DNA of 64,000 nt from an uncultured Verrucomicrobiota bacterium. Its GTDB lineage: Bacteria > Verrucomicrobiota > Verrucomicrobiia > Limisphaerales > CAZVRY01. The notes beneath the pieces are model-generated. The model searched no databases, was not told the origin of the DNA, and worked only from the letters and a program-made list of their open reading frames with translations. Positions within the stretch are counted from its first letter, which is position 1; each line of letters begins with the position of its first letter. Of this stretch, positions 1 to 8,817 are shown in pieces. A program made the translations under genes and the position numbers. The stretch covers positions 27,305 to 91,304 of the forward strand of contig CAZVRY010000001.1 in assembly GCA_964629545.1 (NCBI GenBank), in the 5' to 3' direction.

Positions 1-556
1 CCTTCGCATCGCCCATCGTTTCAAACAGCGCCGCCGCGTGCATCGAGGTCGTGCCGAACAGCGGATTGGCCAGGCATGCTTTGCCTTTCCACTTCGCGTC
101 GAGAAAGTCGTTGAGCGACTTCGGCTCTTGCCCGGCGGCGACGAGGTTCGTGTTGTAGATAATGACCCGCGCGCGGGCCGACAGAGCGGACCAATGGCCC
201 TGCGGGTCGCTGAAGCGCCCGGTGGTATCGGCGGGATTCGCGGGCTTGAACGGCGCGGAGATGCCCTTGGCCTTGAGCACCGCTGCGCGCACCGGGTCGC
301 CGCTCCAGAACACGTCGGCCTGCGGACGTGCCTTCTCGGCGATGAGGCGATTGAGCAGTCCCGTGCTCTTGGTTTCCTCAGTGTCCGGCGCGAGCTTCAC
401 TTCGATGCCGGTCTGCTTCTGGAATTGCTCGCACACGGGTCGGGCGAACACGTCATCAACCGAGGTGTAAACGACAACGGTGTTGGCTGGCTGGTTTCCG
501 GGCTGGCAGCCGCCAAGCAGGGCGAGAACAAACAGCAGCGAACAGGCTTTCTTCAT
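1..556 (-). CDS. ABC-transporter periplasmic substrate-binding lipoprotein (Fe3+/solute-binding family); 5' part only, gene runs off the left edge
   Basis: I hand-translated the minus strand from the ATG at 556-554: MKKACSLLFVLALLGGCQPGNQPANTVVVYTSVDDVFARPVCEQFQKQTGIEVKLAPDTEETKSTGLLNRLIAEKARPQADVFWSGDPVRAAVLKAKG... It has a lipobox (LLGGC) and the VVVYTS...TGI.V...RL..E...DVFWSGD pattern typical of FbpA/AfuA-like binding proteins. It is absent from the ORF track because no stop lies inside the window. Its ATG overlaps the stop of the upstream gene (ATGA at 553-556). Confidence 0.6.
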   Translation of the reverse strand, partial: MKKACSLLFVLALLGGCQPGNQPANTVVVYTSVDDVFARPVCEQFQKQTGIEVKLAPDTEETKSTGLLNRLIAEKARPQADVFWSGDPVRAAVLKAKGISAPFKPANPADTTGRFSDPQGHWSALSARARVIIYNTNLVAAGQEPKSLNDFLDAKWKGKACLANPLFGTTSMHAAALFETMGDAK

Positions 557-1563
557 GGCGTGAGTTCCACCAGGCCCACGGTCAGCCGCTTCGGGGCTTT
601 GCCCACTTTCACGGTTTTCATCGTCCGTCGTTGCGCCACGTCCACGATGCTGACGTCGCCTGACCCGGTGTTGCTCACGACCGCGAGCTTGCCGTCCGGC
701 GTGAACTCCAGCCAATTCGGATCGCGGCCCACCTGAACCTTGCCGAGAACGCGATGGTCGGCGGTGCTGAGGACAGTCGCATCGTCCGTCGTCTGCGTCG
801 CAATCCAAAGCTCCTTGCCATCCGGCGTCACCGCGATGCCGTGGGCGTCTTTGCCCTCGGAGGCGAACTTCGGTTCGCCCAGCGCGATGCGGTCCACGAC
901 TTGTTTCTTCTCGGGATCAATCACCAGCGCGCCGTTCAGCCAGCGGATGGTTTGATAGACCTTGCGACCATCTTTGCTTTGCGCCAGCACGCGCGGTGTG
1001 GTGAACAGCGGGGTCGCGCCGGTCACTTCCCAACTGGCCACGTCCATCTCGACGAGCTTCATGTCGCCTTCGCTGGTGACGTAGAGGCGTTTGCCGTCCG
1101 GGCGCAGCATGACGATGTGTGGTCCACGGCCCACGGACACGGTTTTGATGACCTTGCGCTCGGCAGTGCTGACCACGGCGACCGCTCCGTCGGTGTTCAG
1201 CGTGACGAAGACGTAACGGCCATCGGGCGAGGTGATGAGTTGATTGGGCGCGCTGCCCACCTGAATTGTGGCGGTAACTTCGTTTTTCGTCGCGTCAATG
1301 AACGAGAGCGTGCCGTCGCCCTCATTCGAGACGTAGATGGTCTTCCCATCCGGCGCAATGTCCACGCCGTGAGGTTTCAGGCCGGTCTTGATGTCGGCGA
1401 CGAGCCGCCCTTCGACTGGATCAATGACGGCGATGCTGTCGCCGCCCCAGTTGGTGACGAGGGCACGGACGGCCTTGGCCGCGTGCAGTGGTAATGGTGC
1501 AAGGACCACGCCTGAAAGAAACGTGAAGAGAACGACGAACCGGAGCGGTGAGTGGATTTTCAT
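553..1563 (-). CDS. Secreted YVTN-family beta-propeller repeat protein
   Basis: ORF track, 336 aa. It has a signal peptide (MKIHSPLRFVVLFTFLSGVVLAPLPLHAA). It carries repeated ~40-aa units of the form G..P.G(V/I)..(S/T)PDGK.(L/I)YV(S/T)N..(D/S)G.(V/L)S.ID, which is the YVTN beta-propeller pattern. Confidence 0.75.
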   Translation of the reverse strand: MKIHSPLRFVVLFTFLSGVVLAPLPLHAAKAVRALVTNWGGDSIAVIDPVEGRLVADIKTGLKPHGVDIAPDGKTIYVSNEGDGTLSFIDATKNEVTATIQVGSAPNQLITSPDGRYVFVTLNTDGAVAVVSTAERKVIKTVSVGRGPHIVMLRPDGKRLYVTSEGDMKLVEMDVASWEVTGATPLFTTPRVLAQSKDGRKVYQTIRWLNGALVIDPEKKQVVDRIALGEPKFASEGKDAHGIAVTPDGKELWIATQTTDDATVLSTADHRVLGKVQVGRDPNWLEFTPDGKLAVVSNTGSGDVSIVDVAQRRTMKTVKVGKAPKRLTVGLVELTP

Positions 1564-1582
1564 GGGTAGTTAAATCGCGGGT

Positions 1583-2236
1583 TCATTTCGCGCCGTAGCT
1601 GAAGTCGTCGAACAGCATCACGCTGTCCGCTTTGGTCCAGAGGCCGACTTTGCCCGCGTCTTTGAACGTCTCGTCCTCCACCTCGAACAGCTTCGTGCCG
1701 TTGAAGAGTACGGTGAACTTCTTGCCGGCGAACTCGACGCGCATCGTGTGCCAGGTCTGCGGCGCAACCTTCTCCTCGACGCCGTAGCCGCCCTTGCGCC
1801 CGACGATGTCCAGCGAGGTCCGTTTGCCCTTCTCGACCTTGTAGAGCACGACATTGTCTTCCAGCGCGTTGGGCCGGCAGATGTAATAATTGTCCTTGTC
1901 CACGCAGCGCCAGATGACGCCGGCGGCCTGATCGCCCTTGCCGCTGACGGATTTGAATTTCACTTCAACGAAGCCATCCTTGAGCGCGGGCGCGTCCTGG
2001 ATGCACAACGGGAAACTCGGGCCGGGCACTTCGCCGGATTGCTTGAGCACGTTCGGTTTGCTGGGCGCGGAATCGTCCTCCTCGACAGTCCACTTGGGTT
2101 CGCCCTTGCCGGTGATGGCGACGGTCCAGCCCGGCGGGGACTTGCCGGTTTCGGCGGCGTCGAAGTTGGCGGACTGCGCCAGGGCGGCGGTAGTTGTGAG
2201 TGCGGACATAATCAGGAGGGTGTGGAGTGTTTTCAT
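1583..2236 (-). CDS. Secreted concanavalin-like / DUF1080-like (3-keto-disaccharide-hydrolase-fold) protein; family call tentative
   Basis: The ORF-track ORF starts at a GTG (2242). The ATG at 2236 gives MKTLHTLLIMSALTTTAALAQ, a clean signal peptide. The protein is beta-rich, with 'PPGWTV...G.PKWTVEED' near the N-terminus and 'GKVGLWTKADSVMLFDDFSY' at the C-terminus, as in DUF1080/LamG-fold proteins. Confidence 0.5.
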   Translation of the reverse strand: MKTLHTLLIMSALTTTAALAQSANFDAAETGKSPPGWTVAITGKGEPKWTVEEDDSAPSKPNVLKQSGEVPGPSFPLCIQDAPALKDGFVEVKFKSVSGKGDQAAGVIWRCVDKDNYYICRPNALEDNVVLYKVEKGKRTSLDIVGRKGGYGVEEKVAPQTWHTMRVEFAGKKFTVLFNGTKLFEVEDETFKDAGKVGLWTKADSVMLFDDFSYGAK

Positions 2237-2339
2237 GGTCACTTGCTTTTCCGGAAGTCTGCCCGACCGCTGGCGAGCGCGTTACTGAAGATTCGTTAAG
2301 GAATTGCTGCAGGAACGCGGGTCGCCCGCGCCCTTCTGC

Positions 2340-3731
2340 TCAGAGCGGAAGAACAATTCGGAACAAGCTGCCCTTGCCACATTCGCTTTCCAACTGCATG
2401 CGCCCACCGTGGCGTTCGACGGCGAGCCTGGCGATGGCCAACCCCAGCCCCGCCCCGCCCTCGGCGCGCGACCGGGACTTGTCCACGCGATAAAACCGCT
2501 CGAAGACTTTTGCGTGATGCTCCGGCGCAATGCCCTCGCCGGTGTCGGCGATTTCGATGACCGCTTCGCGGTCGCGTCCCAAACAGCGGACGGTAATTCG
2601 CCCGCCGTCCGGCGTGTAGCAGATGGCGTTGTGGACCAGGTTGAGCAGGGCGTGCCGGAGAAGCGCCGCGTCACCGGCGATGCACACTTCGCCATCCGTC
2701 TCGGCGGCCAGCCGCTGCTGTTTCTCGTTGGCCAGAATGCGCAGGCTCTCGACGACTTCCCGCGTGAGCGCGCCCAGATCAACCGGCCCGCGATTCAATG
2801 GCTGCTGGTCCGCCTCCGCGCGGGCCAGTGCCAGTAGCGAGTCCACGAGATCCTGCAGGCGCTGTGCTTCCTCCAGCATCGCGCCGATGCTCTGCCGGAA
2901 CTGCTCTGGCTCGCGCGCGTTGTTGAGTGCCACTTCGCCTTCTGCCCGCAGCGCGGTCAGAGGAGTGCGGAGTTCGTGCGAGGCGTCGGCGGCGAAGCGT
3001 CGGAGTTCAGCGAACGAGTTTTGCAGCCGCTGCAAGGTGGCGTTGAAGACAGTGGCCAGTCGGCCTAGTTCGTCGTGAGGATTGGCCACGGGCAACCGTT
3101 GCGAAAGCGAACTGGCGGAAATCTCCTTGGCTCGGCCCGCCATGGCGGCCAAGGGGGCGAGCGAGCGCCGCGCCACGAACCAGCCTCCCGCCACGGCGAG
3201 CAGCATCGCCAGCAGCAGCCCGAACAGAAACACGTCCGCCAGTTCGTGCTGCGTGCGACGCAGCCCGGACTGATCACGCAGGATGCGCAAAATCACGTCG
3301 CGATGCTCGACTCGTCCGGGTCGTTCCATGATGCGGGCGAACAAGCCCGGCTCGACTTCGGCGGAGTAGAAGTGCAACTGCTGTCCGGCCGGCGGGCCAA
3401 GCCGCGCGTGAGCTTCCGTCTCAGGAACGGGCCAGTGCCGGAGCAACAGCTTGGCGTCCTCGCTCCACACTTCAAACCACGCGGCCATGCGCGCGTAGCC
3501 TTCTTGGCCGTGCGAACCACGCAAGGGCCACACCATTTTGCTTTGCGACTCCTCGACCTGCGCTTCAATGATGTCGAAATCAATCCGAAGCTGGCGATCG
3601 AGTTCCTGCAACAACCGCTGCGAGACGGTTTGCCGGACGAACAAGGCAAGCGCGACCACGACGACCAATGCGGTCGCCGCGTGCCAGCACGCGAGGCGGA
3701 AGGTCAGCGATTGGCGGCGCAGCCAGTTCAT
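2340..3731 (-). CDS. Sensor histidine kinase, heavy-metal (CusS-like) type
   Basis: 463 aa with two hydrophobic segments. H-box 'ADASHELRTPLT', N-box 'LLNLVHNAICYT', G-boxes 'DTGEGI' and 'GAGLGLAIA'. Its ATG (3731) overlaps the stop of the upstream response regulator (ATGA). Confidence 0.85.
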   Translation of the reverse strand: MNWLRRQSLTFRLACWHAATALVVVVALALFVRQTVSQRLLQELDRQLRIDFDIIEAQVEESQSKMVWPLRGSHGQEGYARMAAWFEVWSEDAKLLLRHWPVPETEAHARLGPPAGQQLHFYSAEVEPGLFARIMERPGRVEHRDVILRILRDQSGLRRTQHELADVFLFGLLLAMLLAVAGGWFVARRSLAPLAAMAGRAKEISASSLSQRLPVANPHDELGRLATVFNATLQRLQNSFAELRRFAADASHELRTPLTALRAEGEVALNNAREPEQFRQSIGAMLEEAQRLQDLVDSLLALARAEADQQPLNRGPVDLGALTREVVESLRILANEKQQRLAAETDGEVCIAGDAALLRHALLNLVHNAICYTPDGGRITVRCLGRDREAVIEIADTGEGIAPEHHAKVFERFYRVDKSRSRAEGGAGLGLAIARLAVERHGGRMQLESECGKGSLFRIVLPL

Positions 3732-4417
3732 GCCTGCGCCTCCGTGCGCAACACGAAGCCGACACCACGCACCGTGTGCAGCAGTTTGGTGTGGTGTTCC
3801 TCGTCAATCTTCCGCCGCAGATGTGCGATGTGGACATCGATCACGTTGTCCAACGGCGTGATCCGGTGCGGCTCCCGCCACACGTCCTTCGCGAGCATCC
3901 GCCGGGTGACCGTCTGCCCCTGATGCCGCATGAGGTAAGCGAGCAGGTCGAACTCGCGAGGTGTGAGCAGGACTTCCTTTCCGCCTCTCATGGCGCGGCG
4001 GTTTTCAACATCGAGGGCCAGATCGCCAAGCTGCCGTCGCAAACTCTCGGTATCACCCGCGCGCCGCAAGAGCACGCGGATGCGCGCCAGCAATTCGGCG
4101 AAGGCGAATGGCTTGACGAGGTAATCATCCGCCCCGCAGTCGAGCCCGCGCACGCGATCTTCGATGGCGTCGCGGGCGGTGAGCAGCACGATCGGAGTCC
4201 TCGATCTCCTGGCGCGCAGCGATTTCAGAATCTCGATGCCGTCGCGAACGGGAAGCATCCAATCGAGCAGCACGAGGTCGAAGCTTGAGGAATGGAGGAG
4301 CAGCACGCCGTCTTCGCCGGTCCTCGCCACGGCAGCGTCGTAACCTTTGCCGCACAGACCCGCACGGACGGCGTTGGCCGTCTTGATGTCGTCTTCGATG
4401 ATCAGAATCCGCGCCAC
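3728..4417 (-). CDS. OmpR-family response regulator (CusR-like)
   Basis: Receiver domain 'ARILIIEDD...DLVLLDWMLP...LLTARD...GADDYLVKPF' plus a winged-helix output 'LTPREFDLLAYLMRHQGQTVTRRMLAKDVW...IDVHIAHLRRKI'. The track start at 4462 is a TTG. The GTG at 4417 (VARILIIEDD) gives a typical 229-aa protein, so the start is uncertain by 15 codons. Confidence 0.85.
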   Translation of the reverse strand: MARILIIEDDIKTANAVRAGLCGKGYDAAVARTGEDGVLLLHSSSFDLVLLDWMLPVRDGIEILKSLRARRSRTPIVLLTARDAIEDRVRGLDCGADDYLVKPFAFAELLARIRVLLRRAGDTESLRRQLGDLALDVENRRAMRGGKEVLLTPREFDLLAYLMRHQGQTVTRRMLAKDVWREPHRITPLDNVIDVHIAHLRRKIDEEHHTKLLHTVRGVGFVLRTEAQA

Positions 4418-4491
4418 TGGCAGGGATGATTGCGTTTGCGATCGCTTCCGGCGAGCCCACAATTCTGAGGTTTGGTTGCACGGTTTCTTTC

Positions 4492-4752
4492 TTAACGGGC
4501 GCAGCAGCTCAGTTTGTTAACGTCCTTGCTGAAGGCCAGCGCCGCCAGCTTCACGCCTTCGCTCAACGTCAGGTATGGATGGAAGCACGCGGTCAAATCG
4601 CGCACGGGAATGCCGAACTTGATGGCCAGACTGATTTCCATCAACAACTCCGAGCCTTCCGGGGCAAGGATGCGCGCGCCGACAAGGCGGTCGGTTTCGC
4701 GGTCGCGAATCAGTTTATTACCACACCGTGTGTCGCATGAAGGCAGGTTCAC
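4492..4752 (-). pseudogene. merA: 3'-terminal remnant of a mercuric reductase gene (dimerisation domain and C-terminal Cys pair only)
   Basis: '...KLIRDRETDRLVGARILAPEGSELLMEISLAIKFGIPVRDLTACFHPYLTLSEGVKLAALAFSKDVNKLSCCAR*' matches the MerA C-terminus, including the diagnostic terminal ...KDV..LSCCA motif. Only ~75 homologous residues remain of an expected >450. The ORF 'start' is a GTG inside non-homologous sequence. Confidence 0.7.
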
Positions 4753-4838
4753 CGGATACGAAAAGTCTCGGAATAATCAGCTAGGTTCACGCTCAAAGAT
4801 GTGAATGGCTCGAAGTTCACTTGCGGCAAATGGTTGCA

Positions 4839-4921
4839 AACGTGACGGCGGCGATCGAGTCGGCGCGCGCGGGTTACCCTCACGATATCATCGTCGTGGA
4901 CGGCGGCAGCACGGACGACAC
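4839..4921 (+). repeat. 83-bp copy (2 mismatches) of an internal segment of the glycosyltransferase gene at 28568-28650
   Basis: Direct comparison: aacgtgacggcggcgatcgagtcggcgcgcgcgggtTaccctcacgaTatcatcgtcgtggacggcggcagcacggacgacac versus 28568-28650, which has C and A at the two capitalised positions. It encodes NVTAAIESARAGYPHDIIVVDGGSTDDT out of context. Confidence 0.9.
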
Positions 4922-4928
4922 CGTGCTC

Positions 4929-5345
4929 AAGGGAGAAGTCACCATATTCAGCCTGGAACTCCCGCCCTACCGTCCGCCCCAGCTTTGGCGAACGCTTTAC
5001 ACTTCGCTGATTGACCGGACCTACTTCGTCCTCTGGCGGACGGTCTTGTTCGCGCTCTCGGCAGGAGCCGTGATTTGGCTCACCGCCAGTATCCACATTG
5101 GGGACGGCAGCCTGGCCACCCATTTCATCCGCATGTCCAGTCCGTGGGCTCTGCTCTTCGGCCTCAACGGCGTCATCCTCCTGGCCTACATCATCGCCAT
5201 CCCGGCCAATGAGATCATTGTCCCGACGATTCTGATGCTGACGGTGATGGCGACGGGCACGCAGGGCGTAGGCGAGGGTGCGGGAGTCATGTTCGAGCTC
5301 GATTCCGACAATGCGATCCGACAGTTGCTCACCGCGGGCGGGTTC
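4929..5345 (+). pseudogene. feoB: Fragment of a ferrous-iron transporter FeoB (C-terminal membrane region), fused in frame to the GT fragment
   Basis: 'SLELPPYRPPQLWRTL...' is the FeoB (M/L)ELPPYR.P motif, and 'LFGLNGVILLAYIIAIPANEIIVPTILMLTVMATG' matches the FeoB gate-motif region. There is no G-domain, and the enclosing ORF (4821..5561) has no ATG (it begins with a TTG). That ORF is therefore a chimera of two unrelated fragments. Confidence 0.55.
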
Positions 5346-5557
5346 CTGGCCGAGACGATCGGCAAGCTCCCCTGGCCGCCGCGACGCGCGATCGATTGGC
5401 TGGACATCCGCCGTTCTGTGCCGCGTCACGTTAGACCACGGCACGGGAGCGGGCGCGACTCGCCCGCTGCGGAGCGGAGGGAGAGTTGCCATCCTCCGTG
5501 GTTGGGTCCTGATCGGGTTGCGTTCGGGTGGCCTGATGGCGATCCTCCACGGCAACC

Positions 5558-8500
5558 ATGAACCACGACTCCGAGCAGCAGGCGACCGGCGAGCAGGAAT
5601 TGTGGCGCCGACGCTCGGAGATCGAGCGAGGCCTGGCCCGGGCAGGTCGGGCGGCCTTGGTCGCGTCGCTCGTCGTCATGGCTTTGGCCTGCGCCGCGCT
5701 CTGGCAGGCGCACCAGGCACGTCGGAGCGCCGCGGCTGAGCTGAGCGCGAAGCTCGCCGCGGAACGAGCCCGGCTCGAGAAGGAAGATCAGCTCTGGAAG
5801 TCCCGGCTCCTGGAGGCCAGGTCCTTTCGCATCAGCGGCCGCCCGGGCCAGCAGGCCCGAACCCTCGAGGTGCTGCGGGAGGCAACCGCCCAGAAACCTT
5901 CCGCCAACCTGCGCAACGAAGCCATCGCGGCCTTGCTCCTCCCCGATATTGGGCGTGAACTCCACTTCCACGCCAAGCTCCTCGACCATGGCCCCATGGC
6001 CGTCGATCCCACCGGCGAGTTCTTCCTTGGTGAGCCCGGTCGGCCGGAGGTTGAGGTGGGCCGATGGTCGGATGGTCGGGCGGAGATCAGCTTGCCCGGA
6101 TTCGGGCCGGTCAAGACCTGGATGCGGTTCAGCCCCGATGGACGCTATGTCGCCGCGCAGATGGGGCAACCCTCCGGCGTGCTCGCCGTATGGGAATGGC
6201 GCACTTCGCGGCTGGTCCTCCAAGCCCGGACCACCGGCGCTTATTGGAACCGGTCCACCTTCGAGTTCTCGCCCGACAGCCGCCTCGTTTTCGCGGTTTC
6301 CGCGGAAGGTCCTCTTCGCCAGTTCGACTTGGAACATGGCCGCGAGCTGGCGCCCTTGGCCACGAACGCTCCCGCCGCATTGCTCACGGTCAGCCGCGAT
6401 GGCCGGCTCGTAGGGGTGGCGAAGGGCCGGGAGGCGCGCATCTTTGATCGCAGCCAAAGCCGCTGGCGCGACCCGATCCGGCTGCCGGACGAGATTCTGA
6501 CTATGGCCATCCATCCGAACGGCGATCGGTTGGCGTTCGGCTGCTACAACGTCGGGGCCCTGGTCTGGGATGCTGATTCGCCCCAGCCCGTCGCAATGTC
6601 TCACCAGGTGTCCACGGTCACCCGAGTGTTCTTCAACCGCGACGGTGACCTGCTGGTGGCTTCTGGGTGGGGAGATGGGACGACGTTTTGGGACATGAGC
6701 ACCTTCAGCCCGCTGCTCACCACCCACGAAGGATTCGCTCTGGAGTTTGCCGCGGAGGGACGCCGGCTCGCCTTCGCTCGAGAACGCGTCGGCTTCGGCC
6801 TTTGGGAATTCCTCCCTGCGGCCGGGCTGCGTCGGTTCTTGTTCCCCTCCAGGCTTGGAAACCAGGCGGATTGCGCCGACCTCAATCCGGCCGGCACGCG
6901 GCTCCTCTCAGGTCATGCCCAGGGTTGGGCACTTTGGAACCTCGAGGCGGGTGGCTTGATGACGGCGCACTCCGCCGGACGGGTCAGCAGCATCGCGTTC
7001 GACGGGGGTGATCGCACGTTCCTGACTGGCGGCGCGAATGGGCTGGAGCGCTGGACGCCGAGTCAGGACGAGGCCGGGAGTCCATCCGGTTACAGCGCTG
7101 CGGTCCTGTTCCCGGAGCGCACGACCCAGGCCGAACGGTTCGCCCTCTCGGCGGATCGCCGAACGCTTGCGGCGGTCGGTCCCGGAGGCGCCTTCGCCGC
7201 CCGACTGGACGGTGAAACCCGCGACCTCACTCTGCAAACCGACGGACCGCACCGCACCTTCGTCGCGGTAACCCCGGACGGACTGACGGCCTTTGCCACC
7301 ACCTACAACAGGCCCAACATCGATGTTCTGGAGACGCGTTCCGGCCGGCGGACGCGACTCATCGAGACGCCGGGCTGGACGGTGCTGCCGTGTCCGGATG
7401 CGCCCTTGGCCCTGGTTTCCGACCCGAAGGGTCATGTCTTCCTGAATCTCCACGATGGGCAACCCGGTCCCTGGCCTGCGTTGGGTTCAGCCGCGTCCAC
7501 CGGTTTGGACCCGGTGGGATTCTCGCCCGACGGCCGCATCCTCTTCCTCATCGATCGGACCGGTCGCTTGCACTTGCGCGATGTCCGGCGCGGAGCGGAC
7601 GTGGCCATCCTGGAGCATCCATCAGGAACCACCGGGTGGTCCCTTCGTTTTGACGCCAGAGGCCAGCGTGCCGCCCTCAACTCGACCCGTGACGTCGTGC
7701 TGGTGCTGGATTTCGGGGCCCTTCGCGAGGGGTTGGCTCAGCTCGGGCTCGAATGGTCGGACGCGGATCCGGGAGGCGGTTTCGTGCCTGCTCGGAGTCG
7801 CGTGGGCAGCCAGCACGAGACGAACGAGCGCGAGTTCCGATCCGGGTCGTCGGCCGGTTCCCCGGGCCTGACCACGGGGATCATCCTTGGGGGCATGCTG
7901 CTGGCCATCGGCGTCGGCCTTTACATGTTCCGGGCACAACGCTCGCTCTTCCTGGCCTACGGCGAGCTCGACCGGTTGGCCGAGGCGCGTGCAGCCGAAC
8001 TGATCCGCACCCAATCCGCCCTGCTGCACAGTGAGAAAATGAAGGCTTTGGGCACGCTTTCAGCCGGCGTCGCCCACGAGTTCAACAACTTGCTCTCGGT
8101 CATTCGGCTCTCCAACGAGCTGATCGAGGAACAGGTGCGCCCCACCGGCCTCACCCGAGAGAACGTGAACGCCATCCAGCAAGCCGTCCAACGCGGACGG
8201 GGCATCGTCAACTCGATGCTCGGTTACGCGCGCGACGACGGCGAGCCGCGCCGGTTTTCGGCCGCAGAGCTCCTGAGTGAGACCGTCGCGCTCCTCGGCA
8301 AGTCCTTTCTGCGGGGGCTGGTGTTGCAGGTCGAGGTGCACCCGGACACTCCGGCCGTCTTCGCGCGCAAGGGCCGGGTGGAACAAATGTACCTGAACCT
8401 GATCGTCAACGCGGCCGAGGCGATGGAAGGTCGCGGAACGCTGGCCTTGCGGGCCCGGCCGGCTCGTGAGCCAGGCCATTGCCTGTTGCCGCCGGCGCCT

Positions 8501-8797
8501 GCGCTCGGTTTTATCGAACTGGTCGTGCAAGACAGCGGCCCGGGCATTCCACCCGAAATCCTGCCGCACATTTTCGAGCCGTTCTTCACGACCAAGAATC
8601 AGGGCTCCCAGCGCGGCACCGGGCTCGGCTTGTCCATGCTCTACGCGATGGCCCGCGACGACGGCATCGGTGTGGGCGTGGTCACCCAACCCGGCCGGGG
8701 CGCCCTCTTCCGGCTCCTCCTGGCCCAGGCACCCGCCGATTCGGCAAACGCAGCGGAAAACCCCGGGCGTGACTTGCCCGTCGCTTCCATCCCTTGA
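5558..8797 (+). CDS. Sensor histidine kinase with a large extracytoplasmic coiled-coil + WD40-like beta-propeller sensor domain
   Basis: 1079 aa. TM1 is 'AALVASLVVMALACAALW'. The ~700-aa ectodomain carries repeated 'FSPDGR...' WD40-like blades. TM2 is 'GIILGGMLLAIGVGLYMF'. H-box 'LSAGVAHEFNNLLSVI', N-box 'LNLIVNAAEAM', G-boxes 'DSGPGI' and 'GTGLGLSM'. The ectodomain is colinear with that of the Ser/Thr kinase at 47964..51281. Confidence 0.85.
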   Translation: MNHDSEQQATGEQELWRRRSEIERGLARAGRAALVASLVVMALACAALWQAHQARRSAAAELSAKLAAERARLEKEDQLWKSRLLEARSFRISGRPGQQARTLEVLREATAQKPSANLRNEAIAALLLPDIGRELHFHAKLLDHGPMAVDPTGEFFLGEPGRPEVEVGRWSDGRAEISLPGFGPVKTWMRFSPDGRYVAAQMGQPSGVLAVWEWRTSRLVLQARTTGAYWNRSTFEFSPDSRLVFAVSAEGPLRQFDLEHGRELAPLATNAPAALLTVSRDGRLVGVAKGREARIFDRSQSRWRDPIRLPDEILTMAIHPNGDRLAFGCYNVGALVWDADSPQPVAMSHQVSTVTRVFFNRDGDLLVASGWGDGTTFWDMSTFSPLLTTHEGFALEFAAEGRRLAFARERVGFGLWEFLPAAGLRRFLFPSRLGNQADCADLNPAGTRLLSGHAQGWALWNLEAGGLMTAHSAGRVSSIAFDGGDRTFLTGGANGLERWTPSQDEAGSPSGYSAAVLFPERTTQAERFALSADRRTLAAVGPGGAFAARLDGETRDLTLQTDGPHRTFVAVTPDGLTAFATTYNRPNIDVLETRSGRRTRLIETPGWTVLPCPDAPLALVSDPKGHVFLNLHDGQPGPWPALGSAASTGLDPVGFSPDGRILFLIDRTGRLHLRDVRRGADVAILEHPSGTTGWSLRFDARGQRAALNSTRDVVLVLDFGALREGLAQLGLEWSDADPGGGFVPARSRVGSQHETNEREFRSGSSAGSPGLTTGIILGGMLLAIGVGLYMFRAQRSLFLAYGELDRLAEARAAELIRTQSALLHSEKMKALGTLSAGVAHEFNNLLSVIRLSNELIEEQVRPTGLTRENVNAIQQAVQRGRGIVNSMLGYARDDGEPRRFSAAELLSETVALLGKSFLRGLVLQVEVHPDTPAVFARKGRVEQMYLNLIVNAAEAMEGRGTLALRARPAREPGHCLLPPAPALGFIELVVQDSGPGIPPEILPHIFEPFFTTKNQGSQRGTGLGLSMLYAMARDDGIGVGVVTQPGRGALFRLLLAQAPADSANAAENPGRDLPVASIP
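8761..8783. repeat. 23-bp direct repeat, copy 1 (ccccgggcgTgacttgcccgtcg)
   Basis: It matches 9830-9852 with one mismatch. This copy lies in the last codons of the kinase gene, 35 bp upstream of the response-regulator ATG. Confidence 0.8.
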
Positions 8798-8817
8798 ATC
8801 CTCCAACGTTGACTCTC

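Noticed and set aside
38-736. A 232-aa plus-strand ORF at the left edge.
   Set aside because: It is antisense to two well-supported minus-strand genes (the substrate-binding lipoprotein and the YVTN propeller), and its composition is typical of GC-bias ORFs.
2243-2339. A weak hairpin (gcggg-cga-cccgc on the minus strand) after the CusS-like kinase, considered as a terminator.
   Set aside because: The stem is only 5 bp and the downstream sequence (GTTCCTG) has no T-run.
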